Shown piece after piece: positions 36,620-48,575 of a stretch of DNA of 64,000 nucleotides. The first letter of the stretch is position 1; each line of letters starts with the position of its first letter. The notes beneath the pieces are model-generated. The model worked only from the letters and a program-made list of their open reading frames with translations. It searched no databases and was not told the origin of the DNA. Both the position numbers and the translations under genes were made by a program. The DNA is from Phyllobates terribilis (taxonomy: Eukaryota): positions 621,922,001 to 621,986,000 of the forward strand of contig NW_027362763.1 of NCBI RefSeq assembly GCF_046119375.1, written 5' to 3'.

Positions 36620-38048
36620 AGAACATCCATATATTCACCAGTAGGATTACCCTTCAGGACCCTATAGCAATCTTTATCACGCAAGATATTCAGGCACATC
36701 TGATGGTAATTTTTGGAATCCATAACCACAACATTGCCCCTTTTATCTGAGGGCTTAATAGTAATTGACTGACCCCCTTCCAGATTACATAAAGCCTGCA
36801 TCTCGAGTTTTGTCAGATTATATTTGTATTCTAGTTTTTTTCTTTTCCAACGCGGTCAGGTCTTCTGTGAAAAGGTCCAGAAACACATCAATGGGGCCAA
36901 CATCAACCTGTGGTGGCAGCATATTGGTACTTTTCAAATGCAGATCAGTGAAGGGACCCCTGCCCTCCAAATTAGGGTCTGGTAAACCCAAATCAAAGAG
37001 TCCTAATGTCAACCAGTAAATCATCTGATACCCCCAGATCGGAACAAGTGAGTTTGTTCATCCAAACAAAATGTTTCCTCCATTTAACCTTATGAACTAA
37101 TAGGTTCACATCTTTCACCGCATCAAATGATTTATAGTTAGTTGTTGGTACAAAAGTAAGCTCCTTACTCAGAACCCCCATCTCAGGTACATTGAGGGTC
37201 CTGGAGGAGAGATTAATAACCTGGAAATTCTTTACAGACCCTGTGGGCTGGACAAATTGAAACGACTCCTGAGTGGATACCCCTCTTCTAAAAAATGCCC
37301 TCTAACTGGGGACCTCCTGTTATTATTCCTATTGCCTCTGCCCCTTTGTCTTCCCCTCTGTGATTTATACCTAGTCTCTTGATATCTAGAACCCCTATAC
37401 GTCGGAAAGTTATATGCCTTGTTCTCTGGTGTGCCATTCTGTATCCTTTCGGCCTCATATAGGGTTTCCATTTCGCCAGGGTTTCCTTTATTTTTTAGAA
37501 ATATACCATTCATTTGCCTGCCCCATTGTGTGTGTTTTTTCCCCTAATTTGGAGGGCAGGGGTCCCTTCACTGATCTACATTTGAAAAGTACCAATATGC
37601 CGCCACCACAGGTTGATGTTGGCCCCATTGATGTGTTTCTGGACCTTGTCACAGAAGACCTGACCGCCTTGGAAAAGAAAAAAACTAGATACAAATATAA
37701 TCTGACAAAACTCGAGATGCAGGCTTTATGTAATCTGGAAGGGGATCAGTCAATTACTATTAAGCCCTCAGATAAAGGGGGCAATGTTGTGGTTAGGGAT
37801 TTCAAAAATTACCATCAGATGTGCCTGAATATTTTGCGTGATAAAGATTGCTATAGGGTCCTGAAGGGTAATGATCTGAAATTGTTGGCATCTGAGGGCC
37901 TGACAAGTGGGGTTATCAGCAAGAAAGATTTTTGATTTTATCTGCCCTAAATTCCCTATAATGGCCACTTTTTATAGCCTCCCCAAGGTGCATAAGGGGA
38001 CCATTTGTTATTGGCCTTAATTCACACATTAGAGATACCAGTGACCTA

Positions 38049-38693
38049 TTGAGAAAATTGGATGGCATATCTGAGGATCCTGATGTAATGCTGGTTAGTA
38101 TTGACATGGAATCCCTATATTCATCAATTCCCCATGAAAAGGGCCTGGAGGCTGTGGAATACTTCTTGCGTAGCAGAGGATGTCAATTCGCCGACCACAA
38201 TGAGTTTATTAAAAAGTCTATCGAGTTTTGCCTGAACAGAAACGTTTTTCTATTTGACAACCAGTACTTCCACCAGCTCAGGGGGACGGCGATGGGGAGT
38301 CCCTGTGCCCCATCATACGCCAATCTTTACCTGGGCTGGTGGGAGGAAACAATTGTGTTTGGGGAATATCCTGTGGAAGGTAGTGAGAGGATATCCCTAT
38401 GGATACAGTATATCGATGATATCCTAATTTTTTGGAAGGGGGACTCTGTACAATTTGATGCTTTTGTGAGGGCGCTCAACAAAAATAGTCTTAATTTGCG
38501 GTTTACATGTGAAATAGGCATCAATACCTTACCTTTTCTGGACATTTTGCTGTGTAAGAAGGAGGACGGTAGTATCTCTACCTCTACATACCGTAAAAAA
38601 AGCAGCTACAAATTCACTATTGAAATGGGAGAGCAATCACCCCTTGCCCTTGAAGAAAGGGATCCCAAAGGGCCAGTATCTGAGGGTCCGTAG
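38049..38693 (+). pseudogene. PLE reverse transcriptase core
   Basis: LVSIDMESLYSSIP, QLRGTAMGSPCAPSYANLYL and WIQYIDDILIFW. Frameshift at an A-run (~38600) into the next ORF. Confidence 0.92.
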
Positions 38694-39522
38694 AAATTGT
38701 TCAGATAATGCTTTTTTTGATCAGCAGGCCTCTGAATTACGGGATAGATTCATTGAAAGAGGATACCCCAAAAAAGTTCTAGCTAAAGCCTATGAGGTAA
38801 CTCTGATGAAGGATCGTACGACTCTTCTTTATCCATCCTTACAGGATCAGGAAGTAAATGACACATGTAGAGTGATTACTACCTATTCAAATAAGGCACA
38901 TGAGGTCAGAAAAATTCTCCAGATACACTGGAAGATCCTTCAGATGGATGAAGATATAGGGAGCTATGTCAAGTCCACCCCACAGACTACATATCGTAGG
39001 GGTAGATCCCTTCGAGATAGGCTTGTACACAGCCACTACGTTGGTAGAGCGGGTACCGAATGGCTTAGATCAACTGGCAAGGGGTGTTTTAAATGTAGTG
39101 GATGTGTGGCATGTAAGGTGATCACACAGAGTAAAACCTTTGAGAGTAAGGTGACTGGAGAAATACACTATATTAATTCCTTCATACATTGCAGATCTAA
39201 AGGGATTATTTACAAAGCCACATGTCAGTGTAATATCGAATATGTGGGTAAAACGAAAAGAGAACTCAGGAGGCGTATAGGTGAACATCTGCGTGATATT
39301 GTTAATAAAAAGGACGCACCCTTAGCTAAACATGTTAACACCACGCATGAGGGCAAAGTTGATTCGGGCTGGTTCATAGGTATTGATAAGGTCAAGTTTC
39401 CACAGAGAGGTGGGGATTGGGATAAAGCTCTATTTCAAAGAGAGGCCAAATGGATACATTATCTACGTACGCTGGCACCTAGTGGACTTAATGAGCAAAT
39501 CTCGTATAAATGTTTCCTATAG
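38620..39522 (+). pseudogene. PLE RT thumb, linker and GIY-YIG endonuclease (300-aa open frame)
   Basis: GQYLRVRRNCS, CFKCSGCVAC zinc motif, GIIYKATCQCNIEYVGKTKRELRRRIGEH and terminal PSGLNE. Confidence 0.92.
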
Positions 39523-40475
39523 GTTGAGGGACAATCTAGGGAAAGGAGTGTAGGGACAGCAGCAGTTGAGTGGGGGCACCACTGCCCCGGTCTAGGGTGC
39601 CAACCTCCGCTGTTAGGTAGGGATGAGGACCTAGGGTCAGTGTAGAAAAGATCTGGTGTGCCATTCTGTATGCTTTCGGCCTCTTATATAGGGTTTCCAT
39701 TCCGCCAGGGTTTCCTTTATTTTTTAGAAATATACCATTCATTTGCCTGCCCCATTGTGTGTGTTTTTTTCTCTACCCCGTACTTCAGATGCTGACCTTT
39801 GGTTTAACCTTTTGGGGAATGTTCCAAATGGTTCGTTGTGGACAAATATATGTGGGTTTTAGCCTTCTATTTATGCCTGCTTAGCTGTCTGGTGAAGATA
39901 GCCCTATGGTGGGAGGCCATGCTTAACCCTTAAGGAGTGGGACGACGGATGCTTCCTTTTTCTTAAAAGTCAATTTGCTATAAATAAGTTGGTCCCATTA
40001 TTTGATATTTTGGTGCGTGATTAGAGTGGCAAATATATCTGAATGGAGGTGAGGAGGTGTACTATATCCCCCAGTTTTTTGACTTTGGTAGTGGATTGCT
40101 TTTTTCCTCCTCCCTCCCCAACCACCGCTCTGTAAAATCCAGATTAGGATCGGCGGTTTTGGTTTCTATGAAGCGCCAGTGTAGTGTTCAGGATGCGCTT
40201 CATTAATGCATACATGCGTTCCAGTAACCGGAAATGGAGAGGACGTCACCGGATGTGATGTCAGCGAGATGCTGTATGCGTTCCACCTGGATGGTGGATG
40301 CGTTCCAAATACCGGATATACCAGCCCACGTGACCGGATGTGACGTAGCGGCGTGTTGTTATCGTGGCCGTTTAAAGGAGACATCGTGTAGGAAGTGAGA
40401 GGTGGAACCCTGGGTCTTCTGAGAGGAGGATAAGGGCTGATTGTAATGGTGGAGACCCTCAGCCCTGTTTTCAGT

Positions 40476-40515
40476 CTCCCCTGATGAATCTATTTGGGAG
40501 GAAACGCGTTGGGAG
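40476..40515 (+). ncRNA. Minimal type-I hammerhead ribozyme motif (HHR4), catalytic core intact
   Basis: CTCCC-CTGATGA-ATCTATTTGGGAG-GAAA-CGCG-TT-GGGAG. 5-bp helix I, palindromic helix III (AACGCGTT), weak helix II. Confidence 0.8.
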
Positions 40516-42587
40516 CAGGATACCTCCAATACTCCTTGGTCTTGAATAATAGGATGACATTATACCAGGATGAATCAAGCCATGATGCACTATAGGATTG
40601 GGTGAGATTGTTTCATTATGCTTTGTACAACAATAACCCGAAGGATTTTTTTAGTGAGGCTTTGTTGATTTTCCCTGACATGGTCCACGGTACCTTTTTT
40701 GAATAAAGGGCATGTGGGATTTCACTGTATAGTCCATGGTACATTTTTGTTAAAGGGCATGTGGGATTTCATTGTATACCTAAGGTTATTGATAATGTAT
40801 TGCACACTCCTGTGAGATGAGTCGCAGGATTTATATATGTGCTAGGTTGGTGAATATTATCTTGACCTATTATACACCTTTTTGAGCACATACATGGTAT
40901 CTCTATATGATTGTTACTAAAAATGTCAACCAACACTAGTAAGGGTAATATTTAATTATATGATCCTCTATGTTCTGGATGAACTGAGGCTGACTCTTCT
41001 AAACCCTATATACTTGGTACTTGGCATTTTGAGGTGTGGTTTGCATGTATATACAGCTATAAGCTGTTGATGGTAATTCAGAAGACCCAGGGTTCATTAT
41101 ATGGCTCTTTTTTTTTTATATAAAGAAATTTTAATATATATCTAATAAACGTTATATTTTAATTACCTTGCTTATGATTTGATTGATCTGGTGGTTACCC
41201 CGATAGCTTGTCACTAGTTAGGCACTTTAAACCCTAAGGGGAATTTCCACTGTGGGCATTGTAATTGATGCATTTAGTTTGTAAATTGAGGATGCTTGTT
41301 AATATACACAATGTACATAAATTTATTAACTGTAGGACATCTTACATTGTGTAATTGTATGATTTATGTCATCTTTTGCACTTGTGGTCATTTTTACATT
41401 GGCAAGATGGTATAGCTGATTATTGCCAGATTTAGGGAGCACCCAAAGTCCATCCTGTCAGGTTTGCCAAGATTAACCCCTTCACCCCCGAGCCAGTTTT
41501 CACCTTCATGACAGGCCAAATATGACAATTCTGATCAGTGTTACTTTATGAGGTAATAACTCTGGAACCATCAAACAGATCCTAATGATTCTAAGACTGT
41601 TTTCTACTGACATATTGCACTTCATGATAGTGGTACAATTTGTTCGATATGACTTACGTTTATTTGGGGAAAAAATTGGAAATTTAGCAAAAATTTTGCA
41701 ATTTTCAAACCTTTAATTTTTATGACCTTAAATCAGAGTTATGTCACACAAAATAGTTAATAAATAACATTTCTCACACGTCTACTTTACATCAGCACAA
41801 TTTTTGAAACATTTTTTTGGTTGGGAAGTTAGAAGAGTTAAAAGTTGACCAGCAATTTCTCATTTTTCCAACAAAATTTACAAAACCATTTTTTTAGGGA
41901 CCACATCACATTTTAGGTGACTGTGAGGGGTCTTTATGACAGAAATATGCAAAAGTGACAATTCTAAAAAAAATGCACCCCTCAAGGTGCTCAAAACCAC
42001 ATTCAAGAAGTTTATTAACCCTTCAGGTGCTTCACAAGAATTGAAGCAATGTGGAAGGAAAAAATTAACATTTAACTATTTTCACAAAATGTTTACTTTA
42101 GTTTACTTTATTTTTTTTATTTTCGCAAGGGTAGCAGGAGAAAATGAACCCCCAATTGTGCCTAGACAGAGAAAATGGATCCGAAAATTTGTTATGCAAT
42201 TTCTCCTAAATACGCAGACACCCCATATGTGGGGGAAAATCACTGTTTGGGCACATGTCAGGGAAAAGAAAGTAAGGAATGACTTTGATAGAATGGTCTG
42301 TGGGTGTCATGTTGCATTTGGAGAGCCCCTGATGTGACTACACAGTGGAAAACCCCCACAAGTGACCCCATTTTGGAAACTAGACCCCTCAAGGAACTTC
42401 TCTAGATCTGTGGTGAGCACCTTGAACCCCCAGGTGCTTCACAGAAGTTTATAACGCAGAACCATGAAAATAAAAAATCATTTTTTTTCAACAAAAATGC
42501 TCTTTAGCCTCAAGTTTTTTATTTTCACAAGGTTAACAGGAGAAAATAGACCCCAAAATTTGTTGTGCAGTTTATCCTGAGTATGCT

Positions 42588-42960
42588 TATTAATCGGCCA
42601 TGACAAGTTGATTATAAGAAGCTGAAAGGCTCTCACTATACCTTCACCCCAGGGTGTGATTCACTGGGGGTAAATTGAGAGCTGCTTGTCTCACACAGTG
42701 CTGGACATATGGAGGTAGCAGGTCTCCTGGAGTGAATACCTTTGCTAAAGGACATGGAAGCTGGACTCTAAGCCAGGTGGGCTATCCAGCACTATTGTAT
42801 GGACTTGTTACTTTATGCTTTACCTTGTGCCAGACAAAGGCAGGATTTAATTTTTCTGTTGACGTGGTTTATGAGGATTGCAATAAACCAGCCGGACTTT
42901 AAATAGAAATGGTTCCTGTGTCTACTTCTTTAAGAAGCCGAGCGAGTTGACCTTACCACA
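42588..42960 (+). mobile_element. Partial solo LTR of the Gmr1-like family
   Basis: The 3' end AATAAACC..GACTTTAA..GTTCCTGTGTCTACTTC..CCTTACCACA matches the LTR end at 17320-17393. No PBS follows. Confidence 0.8.
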
Positions 42961-45196
42961 GGGCCTTGATCACTACCTCCTGGAACCGAAGGAAGGTCCC
43001 GGTCTGGCCTGCACATCATGATCGTACGAAAGAGTTATACATTTCCATCTGTACGATGTGCAATACCAGTTTCTTGTACTACACCTTGGCTTTTATCATG
43101 GCACAGCACGGCTGGAGGTCTTGATCAGAGAGATCAACTTTCCCCATGTTCTTGTTGTACCCCAGGACACAGTCTGGTTTGGTGATCTGTGTAGAGGAAC
43201 CTCATACATTGGTGGGGATGCTGCCATCACCATGTATGGTGGTCAAGAAAAGAACATCCCTTTTTGTCCATGTTCTTGACCACCAGCATGTTGTTGCTAC
43301 ATTGGGCTCTGCTCTCCCCCTTTCTGAGCAGATGCCCAATTAATGTCCTAGGGATGTCTCTTTGATTTCTGCGCACAGTACCGCATGCCGCAGTAGCTCA
43401 CGCAGAGAGGGACTTGAAGAGTGGGATGCTGTAAAAGAAATCTTTGTAGAGGTGATAACCTTGACCCAGCAGTCGGTGCACTAATTCCCACACAATTTTC
43501 CCACTCACTCCCAGGACAGGGGGGCATTCAGGGGGTTGAATCCCGGGTGTCCTTCCCTTTATAAACCCTAAACCTGTGGGTGTGCCCTGAGGTACTCTCA
43601 CAGAGTTTGTAGAGCTTAATTCCGTACCTGGCCCTCTTACTGTGAAGGTATTGCCGGAATTTGAGCCTACTCTTGAAATTATCAGGGACTCATCCATGCA
43701 GATGTCCCTTTGGGGTACATACACCTCAGCAAACTTGTTGCTGAAGTGATCAATGACCGACCAAACTTTGAAAAGTCAGTCAAAGTTGGGGTCATCTCGG
43801 GGAGGACATTGCACATTATAAATTGTAATGCAAAAATTTGATAATAGCCTCCAAGTGTATCCGGGGCATAACCATGCGCAAGGCTGTGTGCCCACGATGT
43901 GTTTTTTAAGCGTTTCCGCAGCAGCAATTCAGCTGCAGAAACGCTTAAAACGCTTGGTAGAAGGCCTGCCATGTTCCCCAATGATAATCCGCATGTGCTG
44001 TGCACATGCTGCTTAAATTTCCACTGCGGGAAAAAACGTAGCACTACCAATTATTTTGCAGAAATTCTGTGTTTTCTCCGCCATTGACTTGTATTGAAAC
44101 TCATGGAATCCGCATCACTGGATCTGTACATGCGCATTCCATGCGTTTCAATGTGTGGATGGTACCCGGGTTTGGAGAAGAGGAGACTCTCCTCCGGCCC
44201 TGGGTACTATAGAACCTGTAAAAAAAATAAAAAAATATTATGCTTACCTTCTGATGGCCCACGGTGTGGTTGTCTTGGCTTGCCGGCAGATCGCGGTGGA
44301 CTCACGGACCTGCGCTGACGTAATTTAGTCATGTGACGGCAGGTCCTTTAGTGTACCGCGAGCTGCCGGCAATCCGAGATGCATCGAATCAAGACTCCGG
44401 GGGGCCATCAGAAAGTAAGTATGATATTTATTTTTTAACATTGTTTCGGACACACTATATAAATCCATGCCGTTTGCATGGATTTATATAGTGTTACAAA
44501 GTTGTCAAGCACTTTCCAAGTGATGCTAAAATCGCTTGGAAAGTGCTTGACAACCCACATGTAGAAATGCATGTGAAGAACGCTTCACTTCCGCTTGTCC
44601 CTGGCAGGAAAAACGCATGTACAATCCGCATGTACAATCCGCATGCGTTTTTTCTGCCAGGGATAGGCAGAAATGCTCAGGAAAAATCCGGAGCATTTCT
44701 GCATCGTGGGCGCATAGCCTAACAGTGGAGTGTTATACAAAAGGTGAACACTTCAATATAGCTGAATTTCTGGTTCTTCACTATCCCCATGTGAAGAACA
44801 AGGCCCCAAAACCTCATAATTTCTATGGCGTCTACAGGGGTCCAGTTGATAAAAGTGCACCATGAGATTTACAAAATCCACAGAGAAAAATACTTTGAAA
44901 AAGTCAATTTCTGTGAGGCCCGTAGTGTCAAATTGGATTCCGGATTGCTCCACAAAATCAGCAATCTGTGGCTCATAATTTTTGGGAGGTGAGGTTCATA
45001 GGGGTTCACTAATAGTGGCACTGGTTCTTTTTCTGTCCTGGGGCATCTGTGTGGTGGTTCGGTATAACTTCAGGAAATGGAGGAGTAGGAAAAAAAAATA
45101 AATGAAGGTGGGATCCTGTCCCTCACTATCCGTGTCGGAGGCAAGGAAGCCATATGCCTTCTTCGCTGAATACAGTGATTGGGACAAGCGGGACAT
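42961..45196 (-). pseudogene. piggyBac (PGBD4-like) transposase, decayed and interrupted
   Basis: MSRLSQSLYSAKKAYGFLASD N-terminus, RDICMDESL, GQGYHLY..FY and KPDCVLGYNKNMGKVDLSDQ. Stops, frameshifts and a MITE insertion. Confidence 0.88.
43882..44719. mobile_element. Harbinger-type MITE (838 bp) inserted in the piggyBac transposase
   Basis: CAA|GGCTGTGTGCCCACGATG ... CATCGTGGGCGCATAGCC|TAA. Removing it restores the frame YNTPLLRMVMPR. Confidence 0.88.
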
Positions 45197-45915
45197 TTTT
45201 TCACGTATGCAGTGTTTGTGTGTTTACTAATGATGAGCCAGCATGCTCGGAAAAGAAGTTAACTGAGCACACTCGGGTGCTAACATAGTATCTTCGGCGT
45301 GCTCGAAAAATAGGTTTGAGTTGCTGCAGTAGCATGTCATTTGTCTGTTCTACAGCCGCACCACATGCAGGGATTGCCTGTTTTAATTTAGTCCTTCCCT
45401 TCCATGACGTAAATATACTTCAAATGTCGGGAAGGGGTTAATTGAGCATGTCAGAAAATATCATGGTGACCCCAAAGCACTATAGCTTGCTAGTATTGAA
45501 TAACAATAAAAATAGGCAGAAATTGTCATAAGAAATGAATGCTGTCAGAAGTAAAATATTTCAGACCAGGGCAATCTGGGTTTAAAAGATCATAATGATC
45601 TGAGTGTGTTCTTATAATCGAGTCTCTGTTTATTGGCTACCTGTATTACTCATTAATTTATGTTTTTGAATTTTTTATATACTTTGTATACTATGGGACT
45701 ATGTAGTGTGTTTGTACACTCACTACAGGATGCACAGTATTTTCATGTAAATAAATGTGATGACACTCCATAAAGGTCAAAGGCCAGACTAAGCTACTTC
45801 ACGCAAATTGTCAGGTGCTTTCCTGCACTGCCCACGCTGCGTGGTGTCTCATGTTGTTAAACCACTGTGTGAATAATGTCACAGAAGTTTGGTAAGTGTC
45901 ATGTTTCTTGCCTAA

Positions 45916-46749
45916 GGCTATGTGCCCACCATGCAGAAATGAAGCAGAAAATTTCTGCAGCATTTCTGCATCTCCCTTGCCAGAAAAAACGCATGCAGAT
46001 TGTTCATGCAGATTGTACATGCAGATTGTACATGAAGATTGTACATTCGTTTTTCCTGCAGAATACATGCGGATTCACATGCGTTTCCGCATGCAGATTG
46101 ACAAGCGCTTCCAGGCGATAGCATCACTTGGAAAGTGCTTGACAACTAGGTCACACCATATAAATCCATGCAAACAGCAAGGATTTATACAGTGTGACCG
46201 TAAAACAATAAAGCTATACTCACCCCCGAGGCCCCGGCGTGGCTGCAGCGCTCGTTCCTGTCTGGTTCCCGGCTGCCGGCATATCGCGAGACACAGCGGT
46301 GAATGGCCTGCGGTCACATGACTGTGATGTCACCGAAGGTCCTTCAGCGCTGCTGGCATTCAGAGAGAAGACGTCGGAAGGTGAATATAAACTTTATTTA
46401 TTATTTTATTCTTTTTTTACAGGTACAATGGTACCCAGGTCTGGATGAGAGTCTCCTCTCCTCCAGAACTGGGTACCATCTGCACATAAAGACGCATAGA
46501 AGCCGCTTGTAGAAATGTACAGACACGGATTCTATGCGTCTCAATGCAAGTCAATGGCGGCGCTTCTGCAAAATTAATGGACATGCTGCGGATTTATGAG
46601 CGCTGCGGAAAAATCCGCAGCATGTGCATTGACATTGTGGAATGCCATTGGGGACCATGGGGTGCGCATTACCATGCGTTTTTGATGCGTTTCCGCTGCG
46701 GAAATTCGGCAGCATAAACGCATGAAAAACGCATCGTGTGCACGCAGCC
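45916..46749. mobile_element. Harbinger-type MITE (834 bp), perfect TAA TSD
   Basis: TAA|GGCTATGTGCCCAC ... GTGTGCACGCAGCC|TAA. Confidence 0.9.
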
Positions 46750-47427
46750 TAAGAAGGAGTAGGCATTTCTAGTATACAATGCAGCACCGCCAGTATCTGT
46801 TTATATTATTATGGGTCTTTTGAAGCATTGTGTAGTGTATCAAAAAAGGTTGTACCATGGCTTGGGACTTTCTTTTGTCTTACATGTTTTTCTCCTACAG
46901 TTATGTGCAAAATAATTGCAGTGTGTTTAAAACAACTGAGAAAAAGCTCAATCCTCATAATAGTATTTATTTTCATATACACAAAGGCACTGGGAGCACT
47001 GCACATTCAACTCCATATGAAAACATGAACAAGATATCAATTTTTAAACTGAAAATGAACAAAAAGGAAGAATAGCAGTGTCGGAATTTTCATTTACAAA
47101 CTCAAATATTTACAGTATAAACTGACATTTGTTCACAGGGTTTTCTGTTAATCATTTAACTAATATTTAGATGTATGACCTTTTATTTATAACTGTTTTA
47201 CATCTGTATGACATGGAGTCAACTAACATCTGACACCTGTGAACAGATATTCCAGCCCCAGCCAACTGAATTACATTCCATGGTTTATTTTGCATTCTTA
47301 GGTTTTGTATCAAAAATAGCATTTTTGATGTCACTCCACAAATTCGGATTGAGGTTTGGAGATTAGGCTGGCCACTTCATAACATCAATCTTGTTGGTCT
47401 GGAAGCAGGATGTTGCTCGCTTGCTGG

Positions 47428-47740
47428 CAGGGCTGTGGAGTCGGAGCCCATTTAGGTGGAGTTGGTATAAAATGGATGAACTCTGACTCCTAAAATATAT
47501 AATAAATTGAGTACAGTAGTTCAATGCAGTTTGTGGGAAATATTTTTTCATAAGAAGTTGGGAAAGTTATGAAATGTCCTATAAATGTCTGTCCTATTCC
47601 TGATCTAAGGGTCTAGACTTTTAGCAGAGATGAATCTGTGCTGCAGTAAATTTATCACTTAAACATGAGCCATGTATGAGGGAGTCCGAGTCATGGAAAT
47701 TGAGGAGTTGGAGGTTTGGCTTACCGACTCCATAGCCCTG
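47428..47740. mobile_element. hAT MITE (313 bp)
   Basis: 17-bp TIR CAGGGCTRTGGAGTCGG. TSD CTTGCTGG / CTAGCTGG matches at 7 of 8. Confidence 0.9.
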
Positions 47741-47808
47741 CTAGCTGGTGTGTTTGGGGCCTTTTTTTCTGATAAAACACCCATTCAAGGCCATTTCTTC
47801 ATCAGCAA

Positions 47809-48004
47809 TAATAATAATAATAATAATAATTTTTATAGCGCCAACATATTCCACAGCACTTTACAAATTTTAGGACAATACAGAATAAGCATATCTCAAA
47901 TCGAAAGGAGTGAGGGCCCTGCTCGCAAGCTTACAGTCTATGAGGAAATGGGGGAGACACAAAAGGTAAAAAGTACATATATTGTATAATGCAGCCTTGA
48001 TAAA
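47809..48004 (-). mobile_element. L2 3'-tail insertion with CAGCAA TSD
   Basis: (AAT)n tail and homology to 5450-5600. CAGCAA at 47803-08 and 48005-10; removing the insert restores the Tc1 sequence. Confidence 0.85.
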
Positions 48005-48575
48005 CAGCAAAAGGCAACATGACCTCTTCCAGTATTTTGATATATTCAAACTGGTCCATGGTGCCTGGTATGTGATAAATAGGCCCAACTCCATAGTATG
48101 AGAAACATCCCCAAACCATTATGCCTGCACCTTCAGGTTTTACAGTCTTCACAGTGTCCTGTGGCTTGAATTCAGTGTTTATTGGTCTGCTGCATTTAGA
48201 CCTAATAAGAACAATCTTGCTATCATTTGTCCATAGAATGTTGCGCCACGTCTCTTTAGGTTAATGTGTTATTTGGCAAACTATCTTTTTCAACGTCTTT
48301 TTTTTTTCAGAATTGGTACTTTATGAGGGTTTCTTGCAAATAGTTTGTCATCACGTAGGCATCCTCTAATGCAGGGGTCCTCAAACTTTTTAAACAGGGG
48401 GCCAGTTCACGGTCTCTCAGACCATTGGAGGGCCGGAATATAGTTTTTTAAAAAAAAAACTATGAACAAATTGATATGCACACTGCACATATCTTATTTT
48501 GTAGTAAAAAAACAATACAGGAACAAATACAATATTTAAAATGAAGAACAAGTAAAGTTAAATCAACCGGTATTT

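Larger units (their letters stand above)
36620..41470 (+). mobile_element. Most complete Penelope-like element: inverted 5' segment, RT, GIY-YIG and 3' pLTR with hammerhead
   Basis: Antisense N-terminal arm at 36620-37424, sense ORF region at 37541-39522, pLTR to ~41470 (approximate). Confidence 0.9.
41477..45437 (-). mobile_element. Near full-length piggyBac transposon with TTAA at both ends and nested insertions
   Basis: TTAA (41473-76)|CCCCTTC ... GAAGGGG|TTAA (45438-41). Transposase on the minus strand. Hosts an LTR, a Harbinger MITE and a hAT MITE fragment (~45235-45380). Confidence 0.85.

Noticed and set aside
42961-45196. Domesticated piggyBac gene (PGBD4 or Kobuta-like)
   Set aside because: It has stops, frameshifts, a MITE insertion and retained TTAA ends, so it is a dead transposon. 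No gene symbol assigned.
45815-45891. Possible 77-nt host exon (CAG| ... |GTAAGT, one open frame)
   Set aside because: Weak polypyrimidine tract, no recognisable protein and no partner exons. RNA-seq would be needed.
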